Assembly: GCA_964644835.1 (NCBI GenBank)
Contig: CAZXXW010000001.1
Coordinates: forward strand, 46-64,045
Reading direction: 5' to 3'
From: an uncultured Anaerolineales bacterium
Lineage (GTDB): Bacteria; Chloroflexota; Anaerolineae; Anaerolineales; UBA11858
DNA: 64,000 nt
A program made the position numbers and the translations under genes. Every line of letters begins with the position of its first letter. The stretch's first letter is position 1. This document shows, piece after piece, positions 48,643 to 57,327 of this stretch. Below the pieces are notes generated by a model, which was not told the origin of the DNA, did not search any database, and saw nothing but the letters and a program-made list of their open reading frames with translations.

Positions 48643-49089
48643 ATGAACCCACGCCAACTTCACACCTTCGACTATTTGCACATCGAAAAGGAAATCATCC
48701 AACTGCACCAATTCTTTCAGGATTGGTTCAACGGTGATATTTCCGCTGACGACACTGCCTTTGACCGCCTAGAAACCGCCTTGGCCCCCGATTTCAAGAT
48801 CATTACACCAGATGGTCAGATCGTCCGGCGGGAGGCTCTTCTCCAGCGGCTGCAGCAAATGCATCAGGATCAAAAGGGAATCCGCATCTAGATTGAAGAG
48901 GTGCGCGTCTTGCAATGGCTGCCCCAACACGTTCTCGTCGCTTATCAGGAATGGCAAGAAAGCAAAAATCAAGTTACGGTTCGACAGAGCAGCGCCCTGG
49001 TTCAAGAAGCGGATAACACCCCTAATGGCTGGCTCTGGCTGTATGTTCACGAAACGTGGCACCCAGAATCAGCGCAGGCAGCCACATAA
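48643..49089 (+). pseudogene. DUF4440/SnoaL-like (NTF2 fold) gene interrupted by one in-frame TAG
   Basis: ORFs 48643..48891 and 48901..49089 are in the same frame. The junction reads ...QKGIRI-TAG-IEEVRVLQWLPQHVLVAYQEWQE... Confidence 0.6.
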
Positions 49090-49344
49090 CGTGACTGCCT
49101 ACGACAAGGAGAAGAGAAATGAATAAACGTGAAAAAAGTTTCGTCATTGCCCATTCGAAAAGGCGACGAGATGTCTCTGTTTCACATCCAACCCTATTAT
49201 AGGGACGGATGTTAAGAAAAGTTTAAGCACAAATTATGAGATGGTTAGCATTGGGTCAATTCTCTCTTTGAACGATGAAAAACAGACTCCCTCGCGGGTT
49301 GTCTGCTGCCCTGAAACTTAATCTTGTCGAGAAAGCAAATCCCT

Positions 49345-50256
49345 ATGCCCACAACTCCCCCCGTTTACACCCTTGACCTTCACTTTCAAGACCTTTCCAA
49401 CGCCATCGCCGCCTACCTGATTCCCCACCGCCGCGGCGCGGTGCTGGTCGAATGCGGCCCGAGCACCACCCTCCCGGCGCTGAAAGAGGCCTTGGTCAGA
49501 CACGACCTCACCCCCGGCGACATCACCGACGTGCTGGTCACCCACATCCACCTGGATCACGCCGGATCGTCCGGATGGTGGGCCCGCCAGGGCGCCCGCA
49601 TCCACGTGCACAATTTCGGTGCCCCCCATATGATTGATCCAACCCGCTTGTTGAACAGCGCCGAGCGCATCTACGGCGACGAGATGGATACCCTCTGGGG
49701 AGACGTGCTCCCTGTTCCGGAAGAGCAGATCAACGTACTTTACGATAACGACAAGATCATCATCGAAGAGCTCAGCTTCCGAGCCCTGGACATGCCCGGG
49801 CACGCCCGCCATCACATAGTCTACCACTTCGAAGACATTTGCTTCACCGGCGACGTCGGCGGCATCCGCATCCCCAGGCCGGGCAAAGAGCCCCACGTGC
49901 GCATCCCCGCCGTGCCGCCAGAATTTTACCTTGAATCCTGGCGCGAGAGCATGGAGCGGCTCTCCAAGGTCGATTTTCAACGCATCGCCCCGACTCACTT
50001 CGGCATCTACGACGACGTCGACGCGCACATCGCCGCGGTGATAGAGGGGCTTGATGACCTCGAAACCTGGATGGAGCGCGTCCTGACCCAAGAGCTCAGC
50101 CGCGACGAAGTCCGGGAGAAATTTTTCGACTGGATCGAGGCCCAGTCCGAAGAAACCGAACTAGATGATGATCGGGTTGCCTCGTATGAAGCGGCGATTC
50201 CTTCGTTCATGTCTGTTGATGCCATGCAGCGATATTGGGATAAGTTCCGGCGTTGA
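49345..50256 (+). CDS. MBL-fold metallo-hydrolase
   Basis: It has THIHLDHAGSSG (HxHxDH), a downstream GH, and a His/Asp ligand context. The start could be ATG 49345 or TTG 49324. Confidence 0.85.
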   Translation: MPTTPPVYTLDLHFQDLSNAIAAYLIPHRRGAVLVECGPSTTLPALKEALVRHDLTPGDITDVLVTHIHLDHAGSSGWWARQGARIHVHNFGAPHMIDPTRLLNSAERIYGDEMDTLWGDVLPVPEEQINVLYDNDKIIIEELSFRALDMPGHARHHIVYHFEDICFTGDVGGIRIPRPGKEPHVRIPAVPPEFYLESWRESMERLSKVDFQRIAPTHFGIYDDVDAHIAAVIEGLDDLETWMERVLTQELSRDEVREKFFDWIEAQSEETELDDDRVASYEAAIPSFMSVDAMQRYWDKFRR

Positions 50257-50258
50257 GC

Positions 50259-50578
50259 CATCGGATAGAATTCGAGGCCAAGTTACAAAATCCACACTTC
50301 GACCGGCTCAGCGCAAGCCTTCGTGGATTAGCAATTGATGAAGGACAACTAGCGAAGGCCGGTTTCGCAAGATAGGGTCGAATTTATTCGATTTGGATGA
50401 GATCGATTTAATCCTTTGAGTGAGAGAAATTCATTGAACATCGGCCATCGAATGGAATTCGAGGCCAGGTTACCAAATCCACCTTCGTGAATTAGCAAAT
50501 GAGAAACGACAACCAGCGGAGGCCGGTTTCGCAAACGAGGGTTGAATTTATTCGACTTCGACGGGGTTGATTTGAAAC
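50259..50578. repeat. Two tandem REP-like units upstream of the Y1 transposase gene
   Basis: Unit 1 spans ~50259..50415 and unit 2 ~50439..50578. They share catcgg..gaattcgaggcca(a/g)gttac(a/c)aaatccac..cttcgtg(g/a)attagcaa(t/a)tga..gacaac.agcg.aggccggtttcgcaa...g.(t/c)(c/t)gaatttattcga(t/c)tt. Unit 1 carries a ~21-nt insertion. Confidence 0.7.
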
Positions 50579-50595
50579 TTGCTGGGAGCAAACCG

Positions 50596-51021
50596 ATGAA
50601 GAAATTCACGGCGCACACGGAATTATACGTTCACATCGTCTGGGCTACATGGGATCGCCTGCCGCTCATCTCGGACATCATCGAACCTCAAGTCTACGCC
50701 TGCATCGCGGCCAAATGTCACGAATCAAAGTGTACGCCTCTGGCCATCGGCGGGATTGATGATCATGTCCATTTGCTGGTTCGGCTTCATGCGCCGGTCT
50801 CGGTTTCAACCCTGGTCAAGGGCGTCAAAGGATCATCATCGCATCTGGTGACACACGAGATCACCCCCGGAGAGTTCTTCAAATGGCAAGGCAGTTACAG
50901 CGCCTTTTCCATTGGACCAGAGTCGCTGAATCGCCTGAAGACGTATATCGAAAACCAGAAGGAGCATCACGCCAAAGCCATGCTCGTCTCCCAATGGGAA
51001 CAGGTTAACAAAGGAGAATGA
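50596..51021 (+). CDS. IS200-like Y1 (HUH) transposase, REP-associated (RAYT-like) architecture
   Basis: 141 aa. It has YVHIVWATWDRLPLI, the HUH motif DHVHLLV and the Tyr region WQGSYSAFSI. It is flanked on both sides by the same ~95-nt repeat. Confidence 0.85.
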   Translation: MKKFTAHTELYVHIVWATWDRLPLISDIIEPQVYACIAAKCHESKCTPLAIGGIDDHVHLLVRLHAPVSVSTLVKGVKGSSSHLVTHEITPGEFFKWQGSYSAFSIGPESLNRLKTYIENQKEHHAKAMLVSQWEQVNKGE

Positions 51022-51053
51022 GTCTTTCAGCGAGCAGAAATCAAAAATTGCCG

Positions 51054-51148
51054 AAAAAATCCACCTTCGTGAATTGGCAAATGATGAACGACAACCGGCG
51101 AAGGCCGGTTTCGTAAGTAAGCCAGAATCGAATTGATTCGATTTAGCC
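51054..51148. repeat. Third REP-like unit, downstream of the Y1 transposase gene
   Basis: The sequence is aaaaaatccaccttcgtgaattggcaaatgatgaacgacaaccggcgaaggccggtttcgtaag..gaatcgaattgattcgattt. It is in the same orientation as units 1 and 2. Confidence 0.7.
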
Positions 51149-51176
51149 TCAAAGCTTTACATAACACTCCACAGCT

Positions 51177-51923
51177 ATGAAGACCAACATCCCATCCCAA
51201 CTGATCGATGCCCTGCGCACAGCCAAACACGTCGCCGTGCTGACCGGTGCGGGAGTCTCCGCCGAGAGCGGGGTGCCCACCTTTCGGGAGGCGCAAACCG
51301 GCTTGTGGGCGAAATATCGCCCTGAAGAGCTGGCTACCCCGCGAGCTTTTCGCGCCGCCCCGCAAAAGGTGTGGGCCTGGTACCAATGGCGGCGCGAGCT
51401 GATCGCCGGGGTCGAACCCAACTCCAGCCACGAGGCCCTGGCAGCGATGGAAACGAAGCTGCGTTCGCAGGGGGCAACCTTCACTCTAATCACCCAAAAC
51501 GTGGACGGTTTGCACCAGCAGGCTGGGAGCGAGAACATCATCGAGTTGCACGGAGACATCACCCGGACGAAATGCTCGCAATGTGGCGCCGCGGTGGAAC
51601 GTTGGGAGCAACCGGAGACTCCCCCACCCCATTGCCCCCACTGTGACGGCCTGCTGCGTCCCGACGTGGTCTGGTTCGGCGAGAATCTGCCGCCGGGCGC
51701 GTTGGAGGCAGCTCTCGAAGCTACCCGAGAGAGCGACGTCTTCCTCTCGATCGGTACCTCGGCGGTGGTACAACCGGCCGCGTCGTTGCCCCTCCTGGCG
51801 CTCGAGGCGGGCGCGCTGGTGGTGGAGATCAACCCCAACCGGACACCGATCAGCGACCGCGTCCAGATTCGCTTTGAAGAGGCTTCCGGCGTGATTCTGC
51901 CCAAGTTGGTGGAAGTTGTTTGA
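51177..51923 (+). CDS. cobB: NAD-dependent protein deacylase (Sir2/CobB family)
   Basis: 248 aa. It has GAGVSAESGVPTFR, QNVDGLH and ELHG. The Zn ribbon is CSQCG...CPHCDG. GTSAVVQPA is also present. Confidence 0.92.
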   Translation: MKTNIPSQLIDALRTAKHVAVLTGAGVSAESGVPTFREAQTGLWAKYRPEELATPRAFRAAPQKVWAWYQWRRELIAGVEPNSSHEALAAMETKLRSQGATFTLITQNVDGLHQQAGSENIIELHGDITRTKCSQCGAAVERWEQPETPPPHCPHCDGLLRPDVVWFGENLPPGALEAALEATRESDVFLSIGTSAVVQPAASLPLLALEAGALVVEINPNRTPISDRVQIRFEEASGVILPKLVEVV

Positions 51924-51982
51924 AAATGAGCATGTTAGGGGTGAAAAGATTGTTGTAAAGGCAAATTTTTTCATCGCTCCAG

Positions 51983-52021
51983 AATTCGGAAGTCTTGTAG
52001 ACTTCCGAATTTTCATTTTTT
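51983..52021 (+). terminator. Intrinsic terminator after cobB, built from a GAAGTCT palindromic repeat
   Basis: The 13-bp stem is aattcggaagtct / agacttccgaatt with loop tgt, followed by ttcatttttt. Confidence 0.65.
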
Positions 52022-52142
52022 GAGAGAATTACGATAAGCAGCAACTGGCTCTTGACAAATCAGAACATAGATCGCCCGTCTGTCCACCCCGGAACAAGGT
52101 CAGGACGAACCCGCCGAAGTATGGTATCTCTTCAGCGCCTGG

Positions 52143-52580
52143 ATGCTGGCTGCCCTGATGAACGCGATCCAGACCTGGTGGGGCGTCTTGATCGCCATTC
52201 TCAACCACCAATCGTTGGGCAACGCCGTGATCGCTCGCGAAACCCTGCTCAAAGTGGTGCCCGTCTTTGTGGCCATCATGGTCTGGTTAATCCGCGTCTT
52301 GATCATCGGGAACATCTCCGTGGCCGGGGACCGCATCTTCAGCCAAGATCGCCTCGCTACTGCCAAGCGCAGCAGCCGGAGCAGACGCAGCTCCAGCCGC
52401 CGGCGGACATCCACGTCCCGACGGGCGGCGCGGGCCAATTCGTTCACGCCCGCTCCCAAGACGTCGAACAGCCGGGATCAACATCAAAGCCAGCGGCGCG
52501 AGCCAACCTATCATCCGATCTCGTTTGGGAGCAGCCAGAACAGCTATAACAAGGATCGTTCACAACGAACCCAATTTTGA
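52143..52580 (+). CDS. Doubtful ORF: two hydrophobic helices followed by an Arg/Ser-rich basic tail
   Basis: 145 aa with no SD. Three other ORFs overlap it in other frames. The N-terminal ~65 aa are hydrophobic and the tail reads RSSRSRRSSSRRRTSTSRR. Coding status is uncertain. Confidence 0.3.
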   Translation: MLAALMNAIQTWWGVLIAILNHQSLGNAVIARETLLKVVPVFVAIMVWLIRVLIIGNISVAGDRIFSQDRLATAKRSSRSRRSSSRRRTSTSRRAARANSFTPAPKTSNSRDQHQSQRREPTYHPISFGSSQNSYNKDRSQRTQF

Positions 52581-52598
52581 AAGCATCGCCCTCACGTT

Positions 52599-52646
52599 GA
52601 ATCAAACTAGGCAACCAACACGCAGCCAGGTTGCCTAGTTTGATTC
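52599..52646. repeat. Perfect 18-bp inverted repeat with a 12-nt spacer
   Basis: gaatcaaactaggcaacc (52599..52616) is inverted against ggttgcctagtttgattc (52629..52646). No flanking U-run is present. Confidence 0.85.
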
Positions 52647-52767
52647 TAATCTGCTCAGGAATCCAGGAAGTTATGAAAACGAAAGATAAACCACCAATCA
52701 ATAGGATAAACGCAGATTGTTTCCTAAGTATCATCCGCGTTCATCCTATTCATCTGTGGCTGTCGAA

Positions 52768-53646
52768 TCAGATTTGCTTCACCCGGGTAAGCTGCGAGAC
52801 CCACATGCCCGCCAGCATCAAGACACAGCCGAGAATCCGCCGCGGGGTGAGAGTCTCTCCCAGGAGCAGCCAGCCACCGACGAGGGCGAAAACGGATTCC
52901 AGGCTCAAAATGATCGCCGCGTGGGCTGAGGGCGCGTCTTTCTGGGCGACGACCTGCAAGGTATAGCCAATCCCCACGGACAAGCCTCCGGCGTAGAGAA
53001 TCGGAATCAGGGCGCCTCGCCAGGCCAAGACATTGACATCTTCAAAAAGAAAAGCTATCACCAGGCTGAGTACGGCAGTCGTCGCAAATTGAATCAAGGA
53101 TAAACGCAGCGCGCCAATCCGCCGGGTATAGGCACCGATGGTACGGACATGAAAGCCCCACACCAGGGCGCTGAGCAAAACGAAGAAATCTCCCCGGGCG
53201 ATGGCGAACTTGCCCGTGACGCTGAGAAAATAGAGCCCCAGGACGGCGAGAACAGCGCCAAGCCAGGTACCCCACTGAACCCGTTCACTGACGAATAAAC
53301 CTAAGATTGGCACCAGGATGACGTACAACCCGGTGATGAAACCGGCTTTGCCCGCCTCAGTGGAGACCATCCCAATTTGCTGAAAGGTGGCGCCGAGAAA
53401 CAACAAAAAGCTCGTCAGTGTGGCGCCGAGGTAGAGTGTCTTGGGAGGGCAGGCGGGAATCGTGTTTTTGCGCCACTGGCGAACCATCAAGGGGAGCAAG
53501 ACCAGGCTGCCGAGCGCAAAACGAGCGCCGTTGAAGGCAAACGGCCCCATGTGATCCATACCGACTCGCTGGGCCACAAAGGCAAAGCCCCAGATAGCCG
53601 AAGCAAGCAAGAGCAAAATATCGGCGCGCAGAGCTTTCGGTTTCAT
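52768..53646 (-). CDS. DMT superfamily (EamA-type) transporter
   Basis: It has ten hydrophobic helices in two EamA halves (ASAIWGFAFVAQRVG...). ATG 53646 overlaps the GH57 stop (TGATG). Confidence 0.85.
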   Translation of the reverse strand: MKPKALRADILLLLASAIWGFAFVAQRVGMDHMGPFAFNGARFALGSLVLLPLMVRQWRKNTIPACPPKTLYLGATLTSFLLFLGATFQQIGMVSTEAGKAGFITGLYVILVPILGLFVSERVQWGTWLGAVLAVLGLYFLSVTGKFAIARGDFFVLLSALVWGFHVRTIGAYTRRIGALRLSLIQFATTAVLSLVIAFLFEDVNVLAWRGALIPILYAGGLSVGIGYTLQVVAQKDAPSAHAAIILSLESVFALVGGWLLLGETLTPRRILGCVLMLAGMWVSQLTRVKQI

Positions 53647-55112
53647 CAGGAAATCAAACTGTCGGGGTGACGAATGCAATCAGGACACAAAAAAGAATCC
53701 AAGACCTGATCGCCGCGTAAATCCCCCCTATCGTCTCTCACCTTACGGAGATGCTCCGCTGCAGCAACGGATAAATCTTCACCCGTAGCCTGAGCGGCCA
53801 ATTGAATCGCCCGAGCAGCATAGGCAATGTTGTTGCGCGGTTCGATCCGCTTGAAGGATTCGAAAAACCAGCCACAGGAGGTAAACATGCGCTGACGCTC
53901 ACGCTGCGCTTCCAAAAGCAGACGGACTCGCTCGCGTTCATCGGCAGAGAGCGCCACCGGGAGCAGATCTGCCAATGACCGTTTCCCCAGAATCACATCG
54001 ATGTATGCATCCCGCAGTTGCCAGGGGTCAAGTCCCAGGGCAGCGACCTCATCCGCATAGATTTGATCAAGCGCCTCGGCCAAACGGTTCAGGGCCAGAC
54101 GCAAATGCCCCTTCCACTTGCTCTCACCAAGGGTACAGGCACAGCCTTCTTCCCAGCGGGCGACGCCGTGATGGCAGCTCCAGGAGGTGTTTTCCCGAAT
54201 CTGAATCGTCTCCCTGGGCGGATGCTGGTGCAGCCAAAGGGCCGGATAGGTCAGGCGCATTCCGGCGCGAGCCCCGGCCCCATTGACCAGATAGGCCAAA
54301 AACCAATCACGGAAGCGCTGATGGTGGCCGTACAACTCCCCATCGGAGGCGAGCAAGAGCAACTGCGCTTCCGGGTTATCGTCATCGAAATGGGTGCTGA
54401 GATACTTGGAGGCAAAATCATGGGCATTGGAGGTCATCCCCTGGTCGAAACTGACCCCGCTGCTCAAAGCGCCATGATAGAAGAAAACCGCAATCCGAGC
54501 GCCGGATGGCAACGCCACCCAATAAGGCTGGGAGGGGTCCAGGTCATCGACAGCGGCCTGCCATGGTGCCAGGATGGTAAACTCGATGCCCTGCTCGGCC
54601 AACACTTCCAGGGTTTCCAGGTCGACGGCAGTTTCGGGCAGCCAGATTCCCTCCGGGCTGCGGCCAAAGCGATGCTCGAAATCGGCGATGCCCCAGGCCA
54701 CCTGGGTGACCTTGTCGCGGCGCGGCGCCAAGGGCAAAATGGTGTGATGATAGCCTTGCGCCATGGCATTGCCAACGCCAAAACGTTCCACGTTGGCGCG
54801 ATCCTGGGCGATGATCCGATTGTAGGTTATCGGGTCATAGCGTTCCATCCAACGGAACAACGTCGGGCCAACATTGAAACTGATCCGCTCAAAATTGCCC
54901 AGTTTGGCATTGGGACGGTAACAAGTATCGTGAATCCGCTCGTTCCAATTGTTGTAGGGCGCTGCCCCCTTCTCCACCGGAATGCCCCCCGTAAACGGAT
55001 TCTCGCGAGAAGGTTGATAGAAATGAGCATGAACACACAGAGAACGCACCGGCTGAGAATCGCCAATTTGGCGATCTTCTGATAGTTCGAGTTTGGGATC
55101 GATTTTGAGCAT
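53646..55112 (-). CDS. Glycoside hydrolase family 57-like protein (DUF3536-type)
   Basis: 488 aa. It has CVHAHFYQPSRENPFTG...WNERIHDTCYRPN, SDGELYGHH and a C-terminal helical domain. Confidence 0.8.
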   Translation of the reverse strand: MLKIDPKLELSEDRQIGDSQPVRSLCVHAHFYQPSRENPFTGGIPVEKGAAPYNNWNERIHDTCYRPNAKLGNFERISFNVGPTLFRWMERYDPITYNRIIAQDRANVERFGVGNAMAQGYHHTILPLAPRRDKVTQVAWGIADFEHRFGRSPEGIWLPETAVDLETLEVLAEQGIEFTILAPWQAAVDDLDPSQPYWVALPSGARIAVFFYHGALSSGVSFDQGMTSNAHDFASKYLSTHFDDDNPEAQLLLLASDGELYGHHQRFRDWFLAYLVNGAGARAGMRLTYPALWLHQHPPRETIQIRENTSWSCHHGVARWEEGCACTLGESKWKGHLRLALNRLAEALDQIYADEVAALGLDPWQLRDAYIDVILGKRSLADLLPVALSADERERVRLLLEAQRERQRMFTSCGWFFESFKRIEPRNNIAYAARAIQLAAQATGEDLSVAAAEHLRKVRDDRGDLRGDQVLDSFLCPDCIRHPDSLIS

Positions 55113-55193
55113 ATTTGCCTTTGCACGATGACGACGATCGGTTTATACTAAAATCAACGCAACAAGTTTATCAGAAATCTGCGGCTATAACCA

Positions 55194-56426
55194 ATGAGTT
55201 CCCTATCCGAAAAATTACAATCCCTGGGCGTAACATTAGGCACTGAACAGATCTCCAAGCCAAAGCCAAAACGGCGGGTAGATTTCCCCATTGGCCGCGT
55301 TCTCGATGGAGAATGGCGATCCACGCCCCATGGAGATACCTTTGTGGTCGAACGGCGATACGAATCCGGGTTCGAGGTGGGTACCGTTCCCCTGCGGGGT
55401 GCCCGGCCCCCGGCCCTGCTGGCCGCCTGGGCGGGAGACCCCGCGATAGCGGAAACCGACCTGGAGCGGTTTGTCTTTCTCGACACCGAGACAACCGGCC
55501 TGGTCGGCGGCACGGGGACGTATACCTTTCTCGTCGGCCTGGGACGCTTTGAGGGCGATCAATTTCGCCTGGCGCAATTCTTCTTGCGCGATCCCGCCGA
55601 AGAGACCGCCCAACTGGCCGCCCTGGAGCGCTTTCTGGCCCCCTGCGACGTGATCGTCAGCTACAATGGCAAATCTTTCGACATGCCACTGCTCAACACC
55701 CGATTCACTCTGAACGGTTGGCCTCCTCCCCTACAAGAAAGCGGCCACATTGACCTGCTCCATCTGGCCCGGCGCATGTGGGGCAATCGCCTGCCCGGCT
55801 GCACCCTCGGCGAGGTGGAGGCCAACATCCTCGGCCTGCGCCGCTCCGACAAAGATGTCTCCGGGCGGATGGTCGCCGATCTCTTTTTCGATTATCTCCA
55901 TACCCAAGACGCCCGCCCGTTGGAGAGCGTCTTCTACCATAACGAGATGGACGTGATCTCGCTGGCAGCCCTGCTAAACCTCGCCTCCGCGATGGTCGCC
56001 GATCCACTGGACGGCGCCGTTCCACACGATGATGATCTCTTCGCAATCGGCAAGTTCTACGCCGACATGGGCTGCCCCAAAATGGCTATGCGCATTCTAC
56101 AAAGGGGATTGGCGCAAAAACGGCGCGGGGGGAAAGCATATTGGAGCGGGGTCAAGCAGCTCTCTTTTCTCCATAAACGCGGCGAGGACATCCCCGCCGC
56201 GATGAGGCTGTGGAAACAGGCCGCCGAGCGCGGGCATGTCTATGCTCATGTCGAGTTAGCCAAAGTCTACGAGCACCGCCGCGGCGATTTCGTCGAGGCT
56301 GCCCGCTGGACTCAGGCGGCCATCGAAATCGTCACCGCCGCGACGACGCCGCGCCCCGAGCGGATCCGCTGGCTGCCCGAGCTGCAACATCGCCTCGAGC
56401 GGCTGGAGCGGCGAATTGGTTCTTGA
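55194..56426 (+). CDS. RNase H-like (YprB-type 3'-5' exonuclease fold) protein with C-terminal Sel1/TPR-like repeats
   Basis: It has FLDTETTGL, VSYNGKSFDMPLL and HNEMDV. The tail is AERGHVYAHVELAKVYEHRRGDFVEAARW. Confidence 0.8.
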   Translation: MSSLSEKLQSLGVTLGTEQISKPKPKRRVDFPIGRVLDGEWRSTPHGDTFVVERRYESGFEVGTVPLRGARPPALLAAWAGDPAIAETDLERFVFLDTETTGLVGGTGTYTFLVGLGRFEGDQFRLAQFFLRDPAEETAQLAALERFLAPCDVIVSYNGKSFDMPLLNTRFTLNGWPPPLQESGHIDLLHLARRMWGNRLPGCTLGEVEANILGLRRSDKDVSGRMVADLFFDYLHTQDARPLESVFYHNEMDVISLAALLNLASAMVADPLDGAVPHDDDLFAIGKFYADMGCPKMAMRILQRGLAQKRRGGKAYWSGVKQLSFLHKRGEDIPAAMRLWKQAAERGHVYAHVELAKVYEHRRGDFVEAARWTQAAIEIVTAATTPRPERIRWLPELQHRLERLERRIGS

Positions 56427-56478
56427 TTTGCGAAGGTCTCCTGACCGAGCGAGTTTAGCGACATCAACGAGGTCTACG

Positions 56479-57243
56479 ATGAACAAAAATATCCATTTGG
56501 TCAAACCACATCTACCGGGCAAATCTTTCTTTTGGGAGGCTGGGCCGACAGGCATCTTGCTGATCCACGGCCTGAAGGCGACCACGGCGGAAGTGCGTCC
56601 CCTGGCCCACACCCTGCACGACCGCGGCTATACCGTAGCCGGGCCACTCCTGCCCGGGCACGGTACCAACCCCAAAGACGCCAACCAACATTCGTGGCGA
56701 GAATGGCTGGACAGAGTTACAAAGGACTATCAAAGCCTCACGACAAGGTGCGAACGCGTCTTCGTCGGCGGCGAGTCCACCGGCGCTTTGCTGGCGCTCC
56801 ATCTTGCCAGTGAATACGCCATGATCGCCGGGGTCTTGGTCTACGCGCCAGCGCTGAAATTGATGCTCAGCAGAATCGACCGGATCAAACTGAGTTTGCT
56901 GGCTCCCTTCGTCACTGCCGTCCCCAGCGAAAGCGGTGGTCGCGACTTGGCCTGGCAAGGGTACAACGTCAACCCGCTGCGCGCCACCCAGCAATTACTC
57001 CGGCTGCAGAGACAGGTCCGAAAGCGGTTGCCGGCGATTGACTGTCCGGTGCTGATCGTCCAGGGGCGCCATGACCATCTCGTCGATCCCCGCGTCCCCG
57101 AGATCATCGCGGACGAAGTCAGCTCGGAAGTCACCGAAATCCACTGGATGGACGATTCCGGCCACTGTGTCGCTCTGGATTATGAGAAAGATCAAGTTGC
57201 CAGGATCACGCTCGACTTCATCGAGCGGTGTTCACCAGCCTGA
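56479..57243 (+). CDS. Alpha/beta hydrolase (carboxylesterase/lipase-like)
   Basis: It has GILLIHGL. The nucleophile elbow is GGESTGA. A D...H pair is present (QGRHDHLV, DSGHC). I prefer ATG 56479. Confidence 0.85.
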   Translation: MNKNIHLVKPHLPGKSFFWEAGPTGILLIHGLKATTAEVRPLAHTLHDRGYTVAGPLLPGHGTNPKDANQHSWREWLDRVTKDYQSLTTRCERVFVGGESTGALLALHLASEYAMIAGVLVYAPALKLMLSRIDRIKLSLLAPFVTAVPSESGGRDLAWQGYNVNPLRATQQLLRLQRQVRKRLPAIDCPVLIVQGRHDHLVDPRVPEIIADEVSSEVTEIHWMDDSGHCVALDYEKDQVARITLDFIERCSPA

Positions 57244-57327
57244 TCGAATACCGGAAACAACCTCCATTTTGGTACAATTAGAAAACCCCAAACCGTTCAA
57301 TTCTGAAGTCAAAAAAGGACTGTGAAG

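Noticed and set aside
48889-48891. The in-frame TAG as programmed recoding (pyrrolysine)
   Set aside because: No pyl genes or PYLIS-like context are visible in the window, and the lineage is not known for Pyl use. A nonsense mutation or sequencing error is the simpler explanation.
50259-51148. Repeat units as a CRISPR array
   Set aside because: There are only three units of ~95-140 nt with no regular short spacers. No cas genes are present. The units flank a Y1 transposase, so they are REP-like.
51149-51904. 251 aa minus-strand ORF. Separately, the idea that the Sir2 gene is a defence SIR2 effector
   Set aside because: The minus-strand ORF is antisense to cobB. The Sir2 protein is a 248 aa stand-alone CobB-type sirtuin with the Zn ribbon and full catalytic motifs. 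It has no fused or adjacent sensor such as ThsB, HerA or pAgo, so I treat it as housekeeping.
54018-55082. 354 aa plus-strand ORF
   Set aside because: It is antisense to the GH57-like gene (53646..55112), which carries the family's HAHFYQP N-terminus.
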